This document shows, piece by piece, positions 1 to 12,695 of a DNA stretch of 52,979 nt (within the stretch, counting starts at the first letter, position 1; every line of letters starts with the position of its first letter). The notes under the pieces are model-generated. The model saw nothing but the letters and a program-made list of their open reading frames with translations, did not search any database and was not told where the DNA came from. A program made the position numbers and the translations under genes. The stretch is from the NCBI GenBank assembly GCA_030141605.1, contig JAQGDQ010001239.1, positions 1 through 52,979 on the forward strand, in the 5' to 3' direction. Source of the stretch: Tubiluchus corallicola. Taxonomy: Eukaryota; Animalia; Priapulida.

Positions 1-132
1 TAACAGTTACTATCGCAGTTTCGTGACACTGCAAACTGATCGTTTTTGCACCACATTGTCAGTTCTATATGTGCCCGTCGTAACAGTTACTATCGCAGTT
101 TCGTGACACTGCAAGCTGATCGTTTTTGCACC
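1..132 (-). repeat. 80-bp minisatellite array (runs off the window's left edge); reverse complement of the 3903-4668 array
   Basis: taacagttactatcgcagtttcgtgacactgcaa... recurs at 1 and 81 and is the reverse complement of the unit at 3903-4668. Confidence 0.95.
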
Positions 133-1449
133 CAGTAAGACATTAATAATTCACCATCCAGTAAGACATTAATAATTCACCATCCAGTAAGACATTAATA
201 ATTCACCATCCAGTAAGATATTAATAATTCACCATCCAGTAAGATATTAATAATTCTACCGACCAGTGACACATTAATACTTCTATCATTCAGTAAGGCA
301 TTAATATCTCTACTTTCAAGTAAGACGTTAATAACTCTAGCATCCAGTAAGACATCAATAACTCTAGTGTCAAGTAAGAAATTAATAATTCTAGCATCCA
401 GTGAGACATTAATAATTCTAGCATCCAGTGAGACATTAATAATTCTAGCACCCAGTAAGACATTAATAATTCACCATCCAGTAAGACATTAATAATTCAC
501 CATCCAGTAAGACATTAATAATTCACCATCCAGTAAGATATTAATAATTCTACCGACCAGTGACACATTAATACTTCTATCATTCAGTAAGGCATTAATA
601 TCTCTACTTTCAAGTAAGACGTTAATAACTCTAGTGTCAAGTAAGACATCAATAGTGTCAAGTAAGAAATTAATAATTCTAGCATCCAGTGAGACATTAA
701 TAATTCTAGCATCCAGTGAGACATTAATAATTCTAGCACCCAGTGAGACATTAATAATTCTAGCACCCAGTGAGACATTAATAATTCTAGCACCCAGTAA
801 GACATTAATAATTCTCGCATCCAGAGAGACATTAATAATTCTAGCACCCCGTAAGACATTAATAATTCTAGCACCCAGAGAGACATTAATAATTCTAGCA
901 CCCAGTGAGACATTAATAATTCTAGCACCCCGTAAGACATTAATAATTCTAGCAACCCGTAAGACATTAATAATTCTCGCATCCAGAGAGACATTAATAA
1001 TTCTAGCACCCAGTGAGACATTAATAATTCTCGCATCCAGAGAGACATTAATAATTCTAGCACCCAGTGAGACATTAATAATTCTAGCACCCAGTGAGAC
1101 ATTAATAATTCTAGCATCCAGTGAGACATTAATAATTCTAGCATCCAGTGAGACATTAATAATTCTAGCATCCAGTGAGACATTAATAATTCTAGCATCC
1201 AGTGATTCATTAATAATTCTAGCACCCAGTGAGACATTAATAATTTTAGCACCCAGTGAGACATTAATAATTCTAGCATCCAGTGAGACATTAATAATTC
1301 TAGCATCCAGTGAGACATTAATAATTCTAGCACCCAGTAAGACATTAATAATTCTAGCATCCAGAGAGACATTAATAATTCTAGCACCCAGTGAGACATT
1401 AATAATTCTAGCATCGAGTGAGACACCAATAATTCTAGCACCCAGTGAG
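131..1449. repeat. 26-27-bp minisatellite (ccagtgagacattaataattctagca[c/t]), about 48 copies, with a ~320-bp higher-order duplication
   Basis: Direct periodicity; the block of variant units beginning at 131 is repeated beginning at 451; the 9-aa periodic ORFs on both strands follow from the 27-bp unit. Confidence 0.97.
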
Positions 1450-1508
1450 GTGTATGTAATTATTTCTAAACATACGTTTACAGGTTCACTGACTGTCTAT
1501 ACTGACAC

Positions 1509-1859
1509 ACCAATAATACATTATGTTTAATTTCAGACGATGTAATCACATAGTAATGTTAGTTATTTTTCAACCTGAATATGCTCACAATAACTGAATA
1601 CGCAGTAAAGGAAAGCTGTGTTAAATAATGATTTTGATTAAATTGGTGATTAAATTATTATTTCAAAATTAAATGTTTGACGATGCAAGATTAAACTATC
1701 GTTGTGGGTAGAAGCCTAGTTAGGTGTGGCATCACGTGACCAGCTGATGTTCGACAAACCCATTCACTGCTTACTGTAGCGTACCAATAATACATTATGT
1801 TTAATTTCAGACGATGTAATCACATAGTAATGTTAGTTATTTTTCAACCTGAATATGCT
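1509..1859 (+). repeat. 77-bp exact direct duplication (1509-1585 and 1783-1859)
   Basis: accaataatacattatg...cctgaatatgct occurs twice, 274 bp apart. Confidence 0.9.
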
Positions 1860-1870
1860 TACTTACTGAA

Positions 1871-1925
<55 letters not shown>

Positions 1926-2071
1926 CACTCACTCACTCACTCACTCACTCACTCACTCACTCACTCACTCACTCACTCACTCACTCACTCACTCACTCAC
2001 TCACTCACTCACTCACTCACTCACTCACTCACTCACTCACTCACTCACTCACTCACTCACTACTTACTTTA
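1858..2071. repeat. Compound microsatellite (TTAC)n-(TCAC)n
   Basis: Directly visible. Confidence 0.98.
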
Positions 2072-2073
2072 CG

Positions 2074-2140
2074 AGTACTAACCCGCCTCGACGTTGCTTT
2101 ACTTCGGTGATCAGACGAGAACCCTTGTCATCAACGTAAT
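2074..2140 (-). pseudogene. 5S rRNA-derived fragment (about nt 15-79 of 5S; pseudogene or SINE3-like head)
   Basis: Minus strand reads acgttgatgacaagggttctcgtctgatcaccgaagtaaagcaacgtcgaggcgggttagtact, matching invertebrate 5S rRNA as recalled (GGTTCTCGTCCGATCACCGAAGTTAAGCAACGTCGAG...GGTTAGTACT); box C and the 3' end are absent. Confidence 0.85.
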
Positions 2141-2439
2141 TGTAACAACCGGTATTTTCAACGCCGTAATTGTGTATAAGCAGATGCTCGTGATATACAA
2201 GAATTGCAAACTTGCTACATAGGAACATGTACTAATGCGTATAAATTGTCCTCAAATACCAGTAAAGTCCACACTAAGTTTCGTTTATTAATAATCAGTA
2301 TACAAATCAGTAACAACAGTATACAAACATGTTTAATATTAGCTTCCACGTGTTCCCATTTGCCAGCAGGATGGCGCAACTTTTGCCATCGCCGTAATTA
2401 TCCGGTTGGCCATCTGCTACGTCCCAAGAAGCAAAAAGA

Positions 2440-3135
2440 GCACTTTTATTTTTAATAGTTTTCATTAATTTCTATTTATGAGAGTAGAGTACAGTAAGCA
2501 GAAAAGTTCTTTTCTAACATTATTTTTCCCTCTCCTTGTTTGCCTTCTTGTATATGATTCTACATTATCACTTTCGCCATCTAGCGTTAGTTAGAGACAC
2601 TTTCATATTTAATAGCTTACATTAATTTCATTTCCTTATTGTGCAACTTATGAGAGCAGAGTACAGTAGGACAGCACAGTTTTTTTTCTAATTTGTTTGA
2701 CTTTTCAGATTTGGTTCTACATTGTCACTTTCGCCATCTAGCGTTAGTTAGAGACACTTTCATATTTATTAGTTTACATTAATTTCAATTTATGAGAGTA
2801 AAGTACTATGAGAGTAAAGTACAGTAGACACCAGCACAGTTTTTTCTAATTTGCTTGCCTTTTCAGATTTGGTTCTACATTGTCACTTTCGCCATCTAGC
2901 GTTAGTTAGAGACACCTTCATATTTAATAGGTTACATTAATTTCACTTCCTGATTGTGCAATTTCTGAGATGAGAATATCAACACAAACATAAAAAAATA
3001 CTGGAAAAAAACTGTGTTGTGTCTACTATACATTGAACACATTGAAATGTAGTGTCTCTAACCAGCACTAGATGGCGAAAGTGACCATGTAGAACCAGAG
3101 TAGAGTACTGTAAAAACTATTAATTAAAGTGTCTT
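2440..3135. repeat. Three degenerate ~157-bp direct repeats plus an inverted, rearranged copy (MITE-like), each carrying a CTCF-like motif
   Basis: ctttcgccatctagcgttagttagagacac at 2571, 2728 and 2886; inverted gtgtctctaaccagcactagatggcgaaagtgac near 3052-3085. Confidence 0.8.
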
Positions 3136-3419
3136 TTAACATGTTTTCCGTGTATAGAAACTGTGTTCTCGAACTCTATTTATCGCCAATGATAATTCCA
3201 GATGTAGTGGTCCAGCTTTTGTTTGAATTTTAATAAATAAATTATATATTATATAGTTGCCTGTCGTGAAGAAACTATCGCAACACACTGATTTTGTTCA
3301 AATATAATAATAGTTTATTAACAAAAGCTCAAAAAACTCAAAAACGTACACAATGAAAAAACAACGTATGCAAAAGTGACAAGTTTGATTCGAAGAATCG
3401 TGATTAAATAAATGAAAAT

Positions 3420-3649
3420 GAAATTAATGCACTATTCAATTGATTAAATACGAATAAGAAAAAGTAAGCCAAAGAATTAAACAATACATCAGTGGTGAAA
3501 TTAATGCACTAGTCAATTGATTAAATACGAATCAGAAAAAGTAAGCCAACGAATTAAACAATACATCAGTGGTGAAATTAATGCACTAGTCAATTGATTA
3601 AATACGAATCAGAAAAAGTAAGCCAACGAATTAAACAATACATCAGTGG
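3420..3649. repeat. 77-bp tandem repeat, 3 copies
   Basis: aaattaatgcact at 3421, 3498 and 3575. Confidence 0.95.
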
Positions 3650-3902
3650 AGTATCTTAGGCCTAATAATAAACAAATTATACGTGATATAGTGAAAAAAT
3701 AACAAACACCAAATGTATCTGTAAAAACTGGGCCAAAAAATTTTTAAAATACTTAATGAAAGTAAGTGACTTTCATTAAATATCATCAACAAACAATTTG
3801 AAAAAAACAAGCTTTTACGTAATATGATAACGTAAAATGTACATTATGCAAAAAATTTACATTATACAAAAAATCATGTGATTACATATATAAATGATTT
3901 TA

Positions 3903-4668
3903 GAAACTGCAATAGTAACTGTTACGACGGGCACATATAGAACTGACAACGTGGCGCAAAAACGATCAGCTTGCAGTGTTACGAAACTGCGATAGTAACT
4001 GTTACGACGGGCACATATAGAACTGACAATGTGGTGCAAAAACGATCAGTTTGCAGTGTTACGAACCTGCGATAGCAACTGTTACGACGGGCACATATAG
4101 AACAGACAATGTGGTGCAAAAACGATCAGTTTGCAGTGTTACGAAACTGCGATAGTAACTGTTACGACGGGCACATATAGAATTGACAATGTGGTGCAAA
4201 AACGATCAGCTTGCAGTGTCACGAAACTGCGATAGTAACTGTTACGACGGGCACATACAGAACTGACAATGTGGTGCAAAAACGATCAGTTTGCAGTGTC
4301 ACGAAACTGCGATAGTAACTGTTACGACGTGCACATATAGAACTGACAATGTGGTGCAAAAACGATCAGTTTGCAGTGTCACGAAACTGCGATAGTAACT
4401 GTTACGACGGGCACATAAAGAACTGACAATGTGGTGCAAAAACGATCAGTTTGCAGTGTCACGAAACTGCGATAGTAACTGTTACGACGGGCACATATAG
4501 AACTGACAATGTGGTGCAAAAACGATCAGTTTGCAGTGTCACGAAACTGCGATAGTAACTGTTACGACGGGCACATATAGAACTGACAATGTGGTGCAAA
4601 AACGATCAGTTTGCAGTGTCACGAAACTGCGATAGCAACTGTTACGACGGGCACATATAGAACTGACA
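3903..4668 (+). repeat. 80-bp minisatellite, about 9.6 copies
   Basis: gaaactgcgatagtaactgttacgacgggcacatatagaactgacaatgtggtgcaaaaacgatcagtttgcagtgtcac with 80-bp period. Confidence 0.98.
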
Positions 4669-5944
4669 GACGCAACATAGCCTAAACGTCAATTGTACAA
4701 AAAAGTGAAAATTATTTGTAAACTTTTAATCCATTTTTGAATCAGCCAAAAACATCGAAACCATTTTGTTTCTTTGCTTAAAAAACGGCAAATTAAGTCT
4801 TTCCATTATTTTTGCACCACTTTGTTTTGATGGGGGAGGGGGGATAGTACTAACAAATCATATAAAACACCACAAACGCCACCAGTAACCATTCCGCTTC
4901 TCTCGCAAATCATCACGTTGCTTTTGCTACGATGCTCGTCAGATCTTGCGACATTAATTTTATGCACAGGTAAAAACAGCAATGTCTTCGTGCGCTGACA
5001 ACACCATTCTCTGAGCGAATTTTCAAAGATCTGTGAAAGTAATGATAAACATGACGTCACCGCTGCAGCTTCTGAGTGGGTAAGGACCTGACGCTGATTA
5101 AACGTCTTCGGCCAGGCCCAGGGGTGTTTCTTTTTTGGTAACGCTTGCAGCTTGACCTTTTGCTCCATCTTACGGGCGCAAACACTAAGAAAACGTCATT
5201 CTCTTATTTTAAACCTGACTGTGTGGCTGGTTGCATCGCCGACTGCTTTTCCAGACTGGCTAACTAAATTGCAACAATATAAAGACAATGCAATCATTCA
5301 TTTTTCAAACAACTACAGAACAGAGAACGTTAATTAAATCTTGATTATTACACAATTGTTTCAAAGTTAACCACAGAATCAAACACGTAACTCTTCCGAC
5401 GATGAGTCAATATTATAAATTGTAAAACAACGAAAAACTAATTTAGCGGTACAACGCAGTCAAAAAATGCAAACATGGCCGCTTGGTTAGCTGTTTATCT
5501 ATTTATTGGTAAAAAACAACATATCATAACTTCCGTGAAAGTTTTCGTGTAGCGCAATATCAAAATAAGTTGACAACTTTCAAAAGCTCTTACTATTACA
5601 GTAGCATGGGCTGTGAGGCATTGTCAGCTGTACAAAAATGCGTTGTCTGGTACACCTAACCTTTGACCTTTTCACAGTCATCATCATTAGCTGGAACTTT
5701 GATAAAAGGCTTATATTAACAGAAAAAACCTAAGGTCAAACTGATATTTTTGAAAGGGTTCCTTTCAAAAAAAAAACCATATGTGTTAACTGGTAATTAA
5801 ACTCAAGTGAGATATTTTATGCACATTAGACATATGTTAGACGTTAAAGGAAAACCGGATGATTGTGTAAACACGAGTTCAGAATAAAGAATGCTCTAAA
5901 TATTAAAAATTACAATAGCTTATTTTAAATCAAAGCTTAGATTA

Positions 5945-6165
5945 AATAATAATTACCTCGGATAGTGAAATTTCGTTAAAAACTTTTAAAGCTACACGCG
6001 GCTCAATGAGTCTACTAAGATTGGCAGCGGTGCCTTTTTGTCACATTCGCGTGGTCGATAAATAGAAGGCGGTACCGTGATAAGCATGATCATACATACA
6101 TACATACATACATACATACATACATACATACATACATACATACATACATACATACACACACGCGC

Positions 6166-6196
<31 letters not shown>

Positions 6197-6200
6197 TGCA
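5945..6200 (+). mobile_element. Probable extreme 3' end of a non-LTR retrotransposon with a (CATA)n(CA)n tail
   Basis: Frameshifted LPRIVK..SLKTFKA resembles the WNxLP..SLxxFK C-terminus of LINE ORF2, followed by a short UTR and a microsatellite at 6090-6196 (the microsatellite itself is certain). Confidence 0.4.
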
Positions 6201-7064
6201 TGCATATACATACGTATAATTACATAATAATATTGTTAATACATTTTTACCACACGTGTAATTAAATGTGTACTCACGTTAGGAATTTCAAGTCACATCA
6301 TACTATTGAGGCAGCCAGGATAGATACGTTGACCCAATATGTACGATTAGGTGCAAAACAGTTCCTACGTGGGTTATACATTCTAATCGCACTTGAATGG
6401 TCAGTGGTCACTACACTGTAACTCGTCGCCCGCCCAGGGCCACTAGCCTTGTGAGTTTGGCGGTCCTAACTTGCAAAGCTTACGAGTTATCAATTGTTAA
6501 AGTTGCTTGGAATAAATAATAATTGGGAAGCAAACTTTTCGGGAAGCAAAAGGTCAAACAGCTTTATTAGCTAGACCCCTCAAAGACGAATACTTGTCAC
6601 TTGTTTGCAGAATGAGAAAAGATTCACCTGTTGCAAATACACCTGTAAGCAAGTGAAAAGTTTGTCTTTATTGACAGCCTAAGAGATGGGAAACTTGGTG
6701 CTAAACTTTATATATAAGATGTTATTAAAAAAAGAGAAGAGAAACATGATTGCAAATAACTTTAACTTACACAGTTATACTATATTTGTTTACCACATAC
6801 TGTATTTTTTGTATTACGATGTTCTGTACTGTAAACAATGCTGCACGTTTAAACAATAAGGTTGAAGAACTATATATATGTATATGTACGTGGCGCCATC
6901 TGTTGTCAATTTATGCAACTTTAACCCAGTACTTACAAACTATTAATTTCTGTTCTTACTGTTGTTAGTTTTTCTTGCATTATTATCAGTGTTTCTCCTA
7001 AGTTTAAGCTGTTTCTTCCTATGTAGAGGATTAATGATTTGATTTTCTCTTTTGTTTTTGAACC

Positions 7065-7135
7065 ATCATTGCTAGTGGTCACAGCATCGACTTGTAAACT
7101 AAGAGTTCTTGGTTCAAATTCAGGCTGTACCCCTA
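7065..7135 (+). mobile_element. Decayed tRNA-derived SINE head
   Basis: A-box-like tagtggtcacagc and B-box-like ggttcaaattc at tRNA-like spacing; no intact cloverleaf. Confidence 0.35.
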
Positions 7136-7240
7136 CAGTTTTCTTTCAGCCGAGTTTGGTTTCAAAATTTAACAATAGTAAGTTTATTTTATAACAATCA
7201 TGAATTTATTGCATCATCAGTTGTAAAGTTCTTACATAAA

Positions 7241-7284
7241 AGAGAGAGGGGGAGAGAGAGAAAGAAAGAGAGAGAGAGAGAGAG

Positions 7285-7364
<80 letters not shown>
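7241..7364. repeat. (GA)n microsatellite
   Basis: Directly visible. Confidence 0.98.
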
Positions 7365-7370
<6 letters not shown>

Positions 7371-7587
7371 CTTGGCGGCCAAGGTCAACGTATCAAAACA
7401 TACACTATACTACAGTCACGTAGACATACAGTTATGGTTGTTGATTGTTTAGAACTCAAATACCTGAAGTACTGAAATGTTAGCTGGACCAACTACTGTG
7501 TTACTCTACTAGACTTACAACTGTGCTAGAGACCTACAACTGGGCTACTGTATTACGCTGTACGACGCGTTTCTAATTCTGAGAACA

Positions 7588-7704
7588 CTGATTGGCTAAA
7601 GACTTCACCCTTTCTTGTTAAAATAGACCCGTCCGAAACCATTTCGAGTATAAAAGAACTGGACAACTGAGATACAGTCTCCTTAGTTTTTGAGCGACGT
7701 AAGT
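7588..7704 (+). promoter_or_regulatory. Candidate Pol II core promoter with a short first exon
   Basis: Reverse CCAAT box ctgattggct at 7588-7597, TATAAAAG at 7649-7656, Inr-like cagtct/ttagtt at 7675-7688, donor GTAAGT at 7699. Confidence 0.5.
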
Positions 7705-8169
7705 AGATAGTGTGAATTTATTTAATATCTTGTAATGAATATCATTTATTTTTCTCGTTGTGTTTTGATATTGTTTATTGTTGAGTATTGTGCATATCTT
7801 AAGTGATCTTTATAATTATTAATGAGTGCTGTAATGTAGTTTACATTATCTAAGGTAAGAAAATGTTTTTTTTAAACTTTCAACATGGCAGACACGTGCA
7901 TCTATGTGCGTATGTACCTATGCGGCTTTAGTTTTGTTTGCTAATTCTTGGATATTTAGATATCTTTATATATATTTTGATATATAAAATTTTGATAATA
8001 TATATTATAAAATATAAATAAATAATATTTATATATATATAAATATAGATAATATTAAATATATATAAGAAAAGTGACTATTCATAATATATTATTCCCT
8101 AATTGTTACAGGAAGCTTTTAGTTTCAATTTTAATTTGATTCCAAATATTATAGTCCTTAATTTTACAA

Positions 8170-8629
8170 ATTCAAACTGCGAAGTCCGTAACTGACGTGT
8201 CCGCATCCGCAAAACGCGGATTGACTGAAATTTGAAAATCCGCGTCACATAATCCGTAAAAATATAAGCAAACACTACTTATGGTAATGGTGTTAAAACC
8301 GCTTTTTGTATGAAGTTATAATCACCATTCAATAATAAATTAAGAGGCCAGACCACGTAAAGCAATTTTGCCCAACATCATACCCAACACACCCACCACA
8401 AACCATAAAATGTTGGAGCAAAAAACTATAATATTTGTAATTGTAAGGAATGTTTTGCGTTGGAAATTTTCCATGCGTGGTTTTTGCGCACTGAAATTTC
8501 GCGTAAAATCCCAATTTTTGACATTAAAAATCCGCATATCTGTAAATGATACAGTATCCTTAATCCGCAATTTCGCATAATATGCGGACACCGCATCCGC
8601 ATTGCAGATCAGCTATCCGCCCATCTCTA
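8170..8629. mobile_element. Partial hAT-type MITE (one end only)
   Basis: Ends in gcccatctcta (reverse complement tagagatgggc, hAT-like TIR) with multiple subterminal atccgca/gcgga motifs; the other TIR was not found. Confidence 0.55.
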
Positions 8630-8706
8630 CTGCATGTAAAATTTAAGGCTGATTTTCGAAAAAAAATAAATGAATAGGCCTACAATTTGTTCCATTTTTA
8701 ACCCAC

Positions 8707-8820
8707 TTATACTATTACGAATTTTATAATTTCTTTATACTATTACGAATTTTATAATTTCTTTATACCATTACGAATTTTATAATTTCTTTATACTATT
8801 ACGAATTTTATAATTTCTTT
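8707..8820. repeat. 28-bp tandem repeat, 4 copies
   Basis: ttatactattacgaattttataatttct x4. Confidence 0.95.
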
Positions 8821-9067
8821 CTTCGCTTCTTATACTGTTATTTCCGTTATGCTGAACATCAGTGTGTTTAGTCAATAATAAAGACGTCTTTTTTACTTTT
8901 GATCCATTTGTGGCAAATTTAAACTAACACTAGACAAATCTGCGTTAATTTAGTTTGCAATAGAAGTAAATGCAGTGCTAAGACAGGCATTAATTTATTT
9001 CCTTGTTATACACGTTTAAGATAAGAAAATTTGCTAACAATTTAGTACTTTTTCTTCAAAAATGTTC

Positions 9068-9736
9068 AAATGTAAACAACTGTTTTTCCTGCGCATGAGC
9101 AGTAGACGTTTAGAGCTCAAGTCTTTCAAAATATTGAAATGTAAACAACTGTTTTTCCTGCGCATGAGCAGTAGACGTTTAGCGCTCAAGTCTTTAAAAT
9201 ATTGAAATGTAAACGGCTGTTTTTCCTGCGCATGAGCAGTAGACGTTTAGAGCTCAAGTCTTTAAAAATATTGAAATGTAAACAACTGTTTTTCCTGCGC
9301 ATGAGCAGTAGACGTTTAGAGCTCAAGTCTTTAAAAATATTGAAATGTAAACAACTGTTTTTCCTGCGCATGAGCAGTAGACGTTTAGAGCTCAAGTCTT
9401 TAAAATATTGAAATGTAAACAACTGTTTTTCCTGCGCATGAGCAGTAGACGTTTAGAGCTCAAGTCTTTAAAATATTGAAATGTAAACAACTGTTTTTCC
9501 TGCGCATGAGCAGTAGACGTTTAGAGCTCAAGTCTTTAAAATATTGAAATGTAAACGGCTGTTTTTCCTGCGCATGAGCAGTAGACGTTTAGAGCTCAAG
9601 TCTTTAAAAATAGTCAAATTGTAAACAACTGTTTTTCCTGCGCATGAGCAGTAGACGTTTAGAGCTCAAGTCTTTAAAAATAGTCAAATTGTAAACAACT
9701 GTTTTTCCTGCGCATGAGCAGTAGACGTTTAGAGCT
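9068..9736. repeat. 68-69-bp minisatellite, about 10 copies
   Basis: aaatgtaaacaactgtttttcctgcgcatgagcagtagacgtttagagctcaagtctttaaaatattg repeated. Confidence 0.98.
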
Positions 9737-11325
9737 GCTACTGTTGTAGCATTTCGGCCAGTTTTTGTCCTTTATAATTAGTTCGGTATTTCTGTATATT
9801 TGACTCTGTTTGCTTTGACCTTTCTCACCACACTTCAACTTCTTTACATGAAAACGCTTAGGAATAAAAATGAGTAAAAATTCGACAGCCAGTGACCCAG
9901 AAACGTTTGTACAGGGTGTCGCAAAAGAAACGGCGTAGTAGAAATATTCTAACGAGCTGAAAAGGGCTGATCAAATAACATGGAAGCGTGTTTGTTCACG
10001 TGTGCGAAATAAAAATGATTCTATTTCTATTGTTTGACTGTCTTAACAATTAGTTATAAATCTACGGATTGACGATTTTTTATTAAAATTTTTACCTCCA
10101 CCCTGTGAAGCAAAAATGGCTTTATCAGCTGGCTTCATACTGAGTCTGGTAAATAAATTTTCAGTGTCATAAAGAAGCCAATCTTCATGCTGTAGAAAAA
10201 ACAGCACAGTTAAAAATGTTGGTGTTCATATTTAAATTACGCGTTTATGATTGAACTCTCAAATGGCTGTTTAAGATAAGTGCTGATTTTTGTAAGAAAA
10301 TTAAGTAGCCCTTGATGTGTTTTTTACTTTTCGTTATCAGTGACACGTCTGCCAAAAAAACGAAAATTTGCTATTTCCGATAAATGTACATAAAAAATAT
10401 CATAAGCTGTTTTGCGTAAAGAAATATTAACAGCTCGGGCTTTTGTTCTATTAAAGAATGCGCAGGTAATTTTTTCTAGTCCATCCTGTATCATGTTTAT
10501 TGTTCAAAGCGTTTGCTCATCAATATAATGCATTTGCATTGTGGTCCAAGTTTTTCCAATCAAATATACATTGTTAAAAGTAATTAACAGTGGCACATTT
10601 TGTTGTAAAAATTTGTAAATTCTTGTAATATGAATGAAAGATTCCTTAAATCTCACTAATTGAATCTCACTTTCGTTGCAATAAACTAAATTACAACAAA
10701 TTTTATATAATTTTTATTAAAAAGGGAAAATATGATTTTATTGTTTATCGCAAAAAAATTTCCACACAAAGTCATATTACTTAGTATATAAGCTTACATG
10801 ATTGACGAACACTGTGCTAACTAGAAAATGAAATTCTAAATAATTTAAAATGTTTCCACCAACTGTTAAGACGGCATTGAAGCGCCTTCCCAGTGTGCAC
10901 CACTGATTCACCAAAAACACATTATTGATCCTATTGACAACACAAAGTAATTTATACATTTGTTTAGCTAGTGGAGTGTCCTATTCTTCAAAGTTTACCC
11001 AATGTTATCTAAACTTTATTCAAATGTCTTGCCTTTGAAGTTTCAAGTTTTATACAGCATTACTGCTTATATAGGTTTTGTGCACAATAAAGTAGCATGT
11101 AAGTGATAAGAAATTTAAAAATTAAGATAATTTATTCCTATTTTTAAATTAATTTCTTTTTTCTTGCTGACAACGTGCAATTGAAACGTTGATTTTTTTT
11201 TTATTAAAAATGATATAAAGTTCCCTGATATCGTGAGACATTTATCAAACTCATGCCATTGTTCTTATTAAGAAATTGAAAACTATGACACCATAATAAG
11301 AAAGATAACTATATATTTGTACAGT

Positions 11326-11591
11326 TTAAAAGTATAGTTTGCAAACTGTATATTTGTACAAGGGTTTGGCAGAATTAGGCCTGCTTAAAAGTATAGTTGG
11401 CAAACTGTATATTTGTACAAGGGTTTGGCAGAATTAGGCCTGCTTAAAAGTATAGTTTGCAAACTGTATATTTGTACAAGGGTTTGACAGAATTAGGCCT
11501 GCTTAAAAGTATAGTTGGCAAACTGTATATTTGTACAAGGGTTTGGCAGAATTAGGCCTGCTTAAAAGTGTAGTTGGCAAACTGCATATTT
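11326..11591. repeat. 59-bp minisatellite, about 4.5 copies
   Basis: ttaaaagtatagtt[t/g]gcaaactgtatatttgtacaagggtttggcagaattaggcctgc repeated. Confidence 0.97.
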
Positions 11592-12695
11592 ACAGTTCAT
11601 ACTATAAACAAATTAATTGAACCATTTGGTGCAGATTGTATTTTGTGTTACGCAACTAATATTTTTAAATCTCTTTATAGTTTTTATAAATATTCAACAG
11701 TACTGTAAGCCTGCACGTATTGAACACTTTTAGTGACAGGTTTGTCTAGTGCATATGTGCATTGTGCTTGTACATGCATATATAATTATGTAAATATTTT
11801 TGCTGGAATCATTTGTAATTCTTACAGCTACGTGGTTAAAGTGGTTTTTGATGCATGCTCTATTCTTTAAGTTAAAGTAAATGGAAAATCGCAGAAATGT
11901 TGTGATAAATATCACATTTTTATCTTTTTGCAAATGCCAAGTGTGTGGACATTCAACAAGTATATCAAAAAGGAAGGCGTTCCTTTGAAGACTGTTCTAA
12001 AAAGGGCTATTTGGTCCCAGCTAGAGCTCAATACTTTCTACTTTTTGTTCCTCTTCTGCATCAATAGGGCTCTGTGCAATTTTCGTGCAATTTCCCGTTT
12101 AAGTTGTTTCAAATGTTCTATGTCAAGATGATTAAGATCTGTTGACTCTGGTATAATTCTGCTGTGTATATATGAGTAAATGAATATTTTGCTGCCCTCT
12201 GTTAAAGGCTTAATACATTAACTGTAATTGTTTTTCGTATGTGCCTAGCTGACATTGTTTCGATGTTTGATCTGCAAAAGTTTTATGGCCATAACTTGAA
12301 AAAACTAAAACTTGAAACTTTTATAGTCAAAAGTTAATCCATTGTAATGCCATGTTGTGCTGCCATCTGTTGAGTACTTTATACATTAACCTGGCTGTTT
12401 TTTTTCAGTTGATTATTAGCTATGGATAATTATTGTTTGAATAATTAAATTTTTAACCTGCAAAAGCTTTTCAACCATAATTTGAAAAGCACTCAAACTT
12501 TTAAAGCCTGTAAAATTTACAAGCAAGGACTAATACAGAGAAACTTCAGCCTTGCGTTTGTAGGGCACTTGCTTTTGATATTATTGTAATCAAAACTTTG
12601 GTGTATTTTTTCTGTGCCACCCGATATTAGATTTTATTTTGTACATACAGCATAGTTCTTTTGTGTAAACTAAATTATTGCTTTTTTATTTTTAG

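Noticed and set aside
584-1530. 285-aa and 298-aa ORFs on opposite strands
   Set aside because: Both are translations of a stop-free 27-bp minisatellite, with no non-repetitive domain
4806-5168. 120-aa minus-strand ORF
   Set aside because: No recognisable motif, splice context or composition signal strong enough to call
6289-6520. Possible LINE/SINE 3' end (GC-rich stem then aataaataataa)
   Set aside because: No coding remnant or second copy to support it
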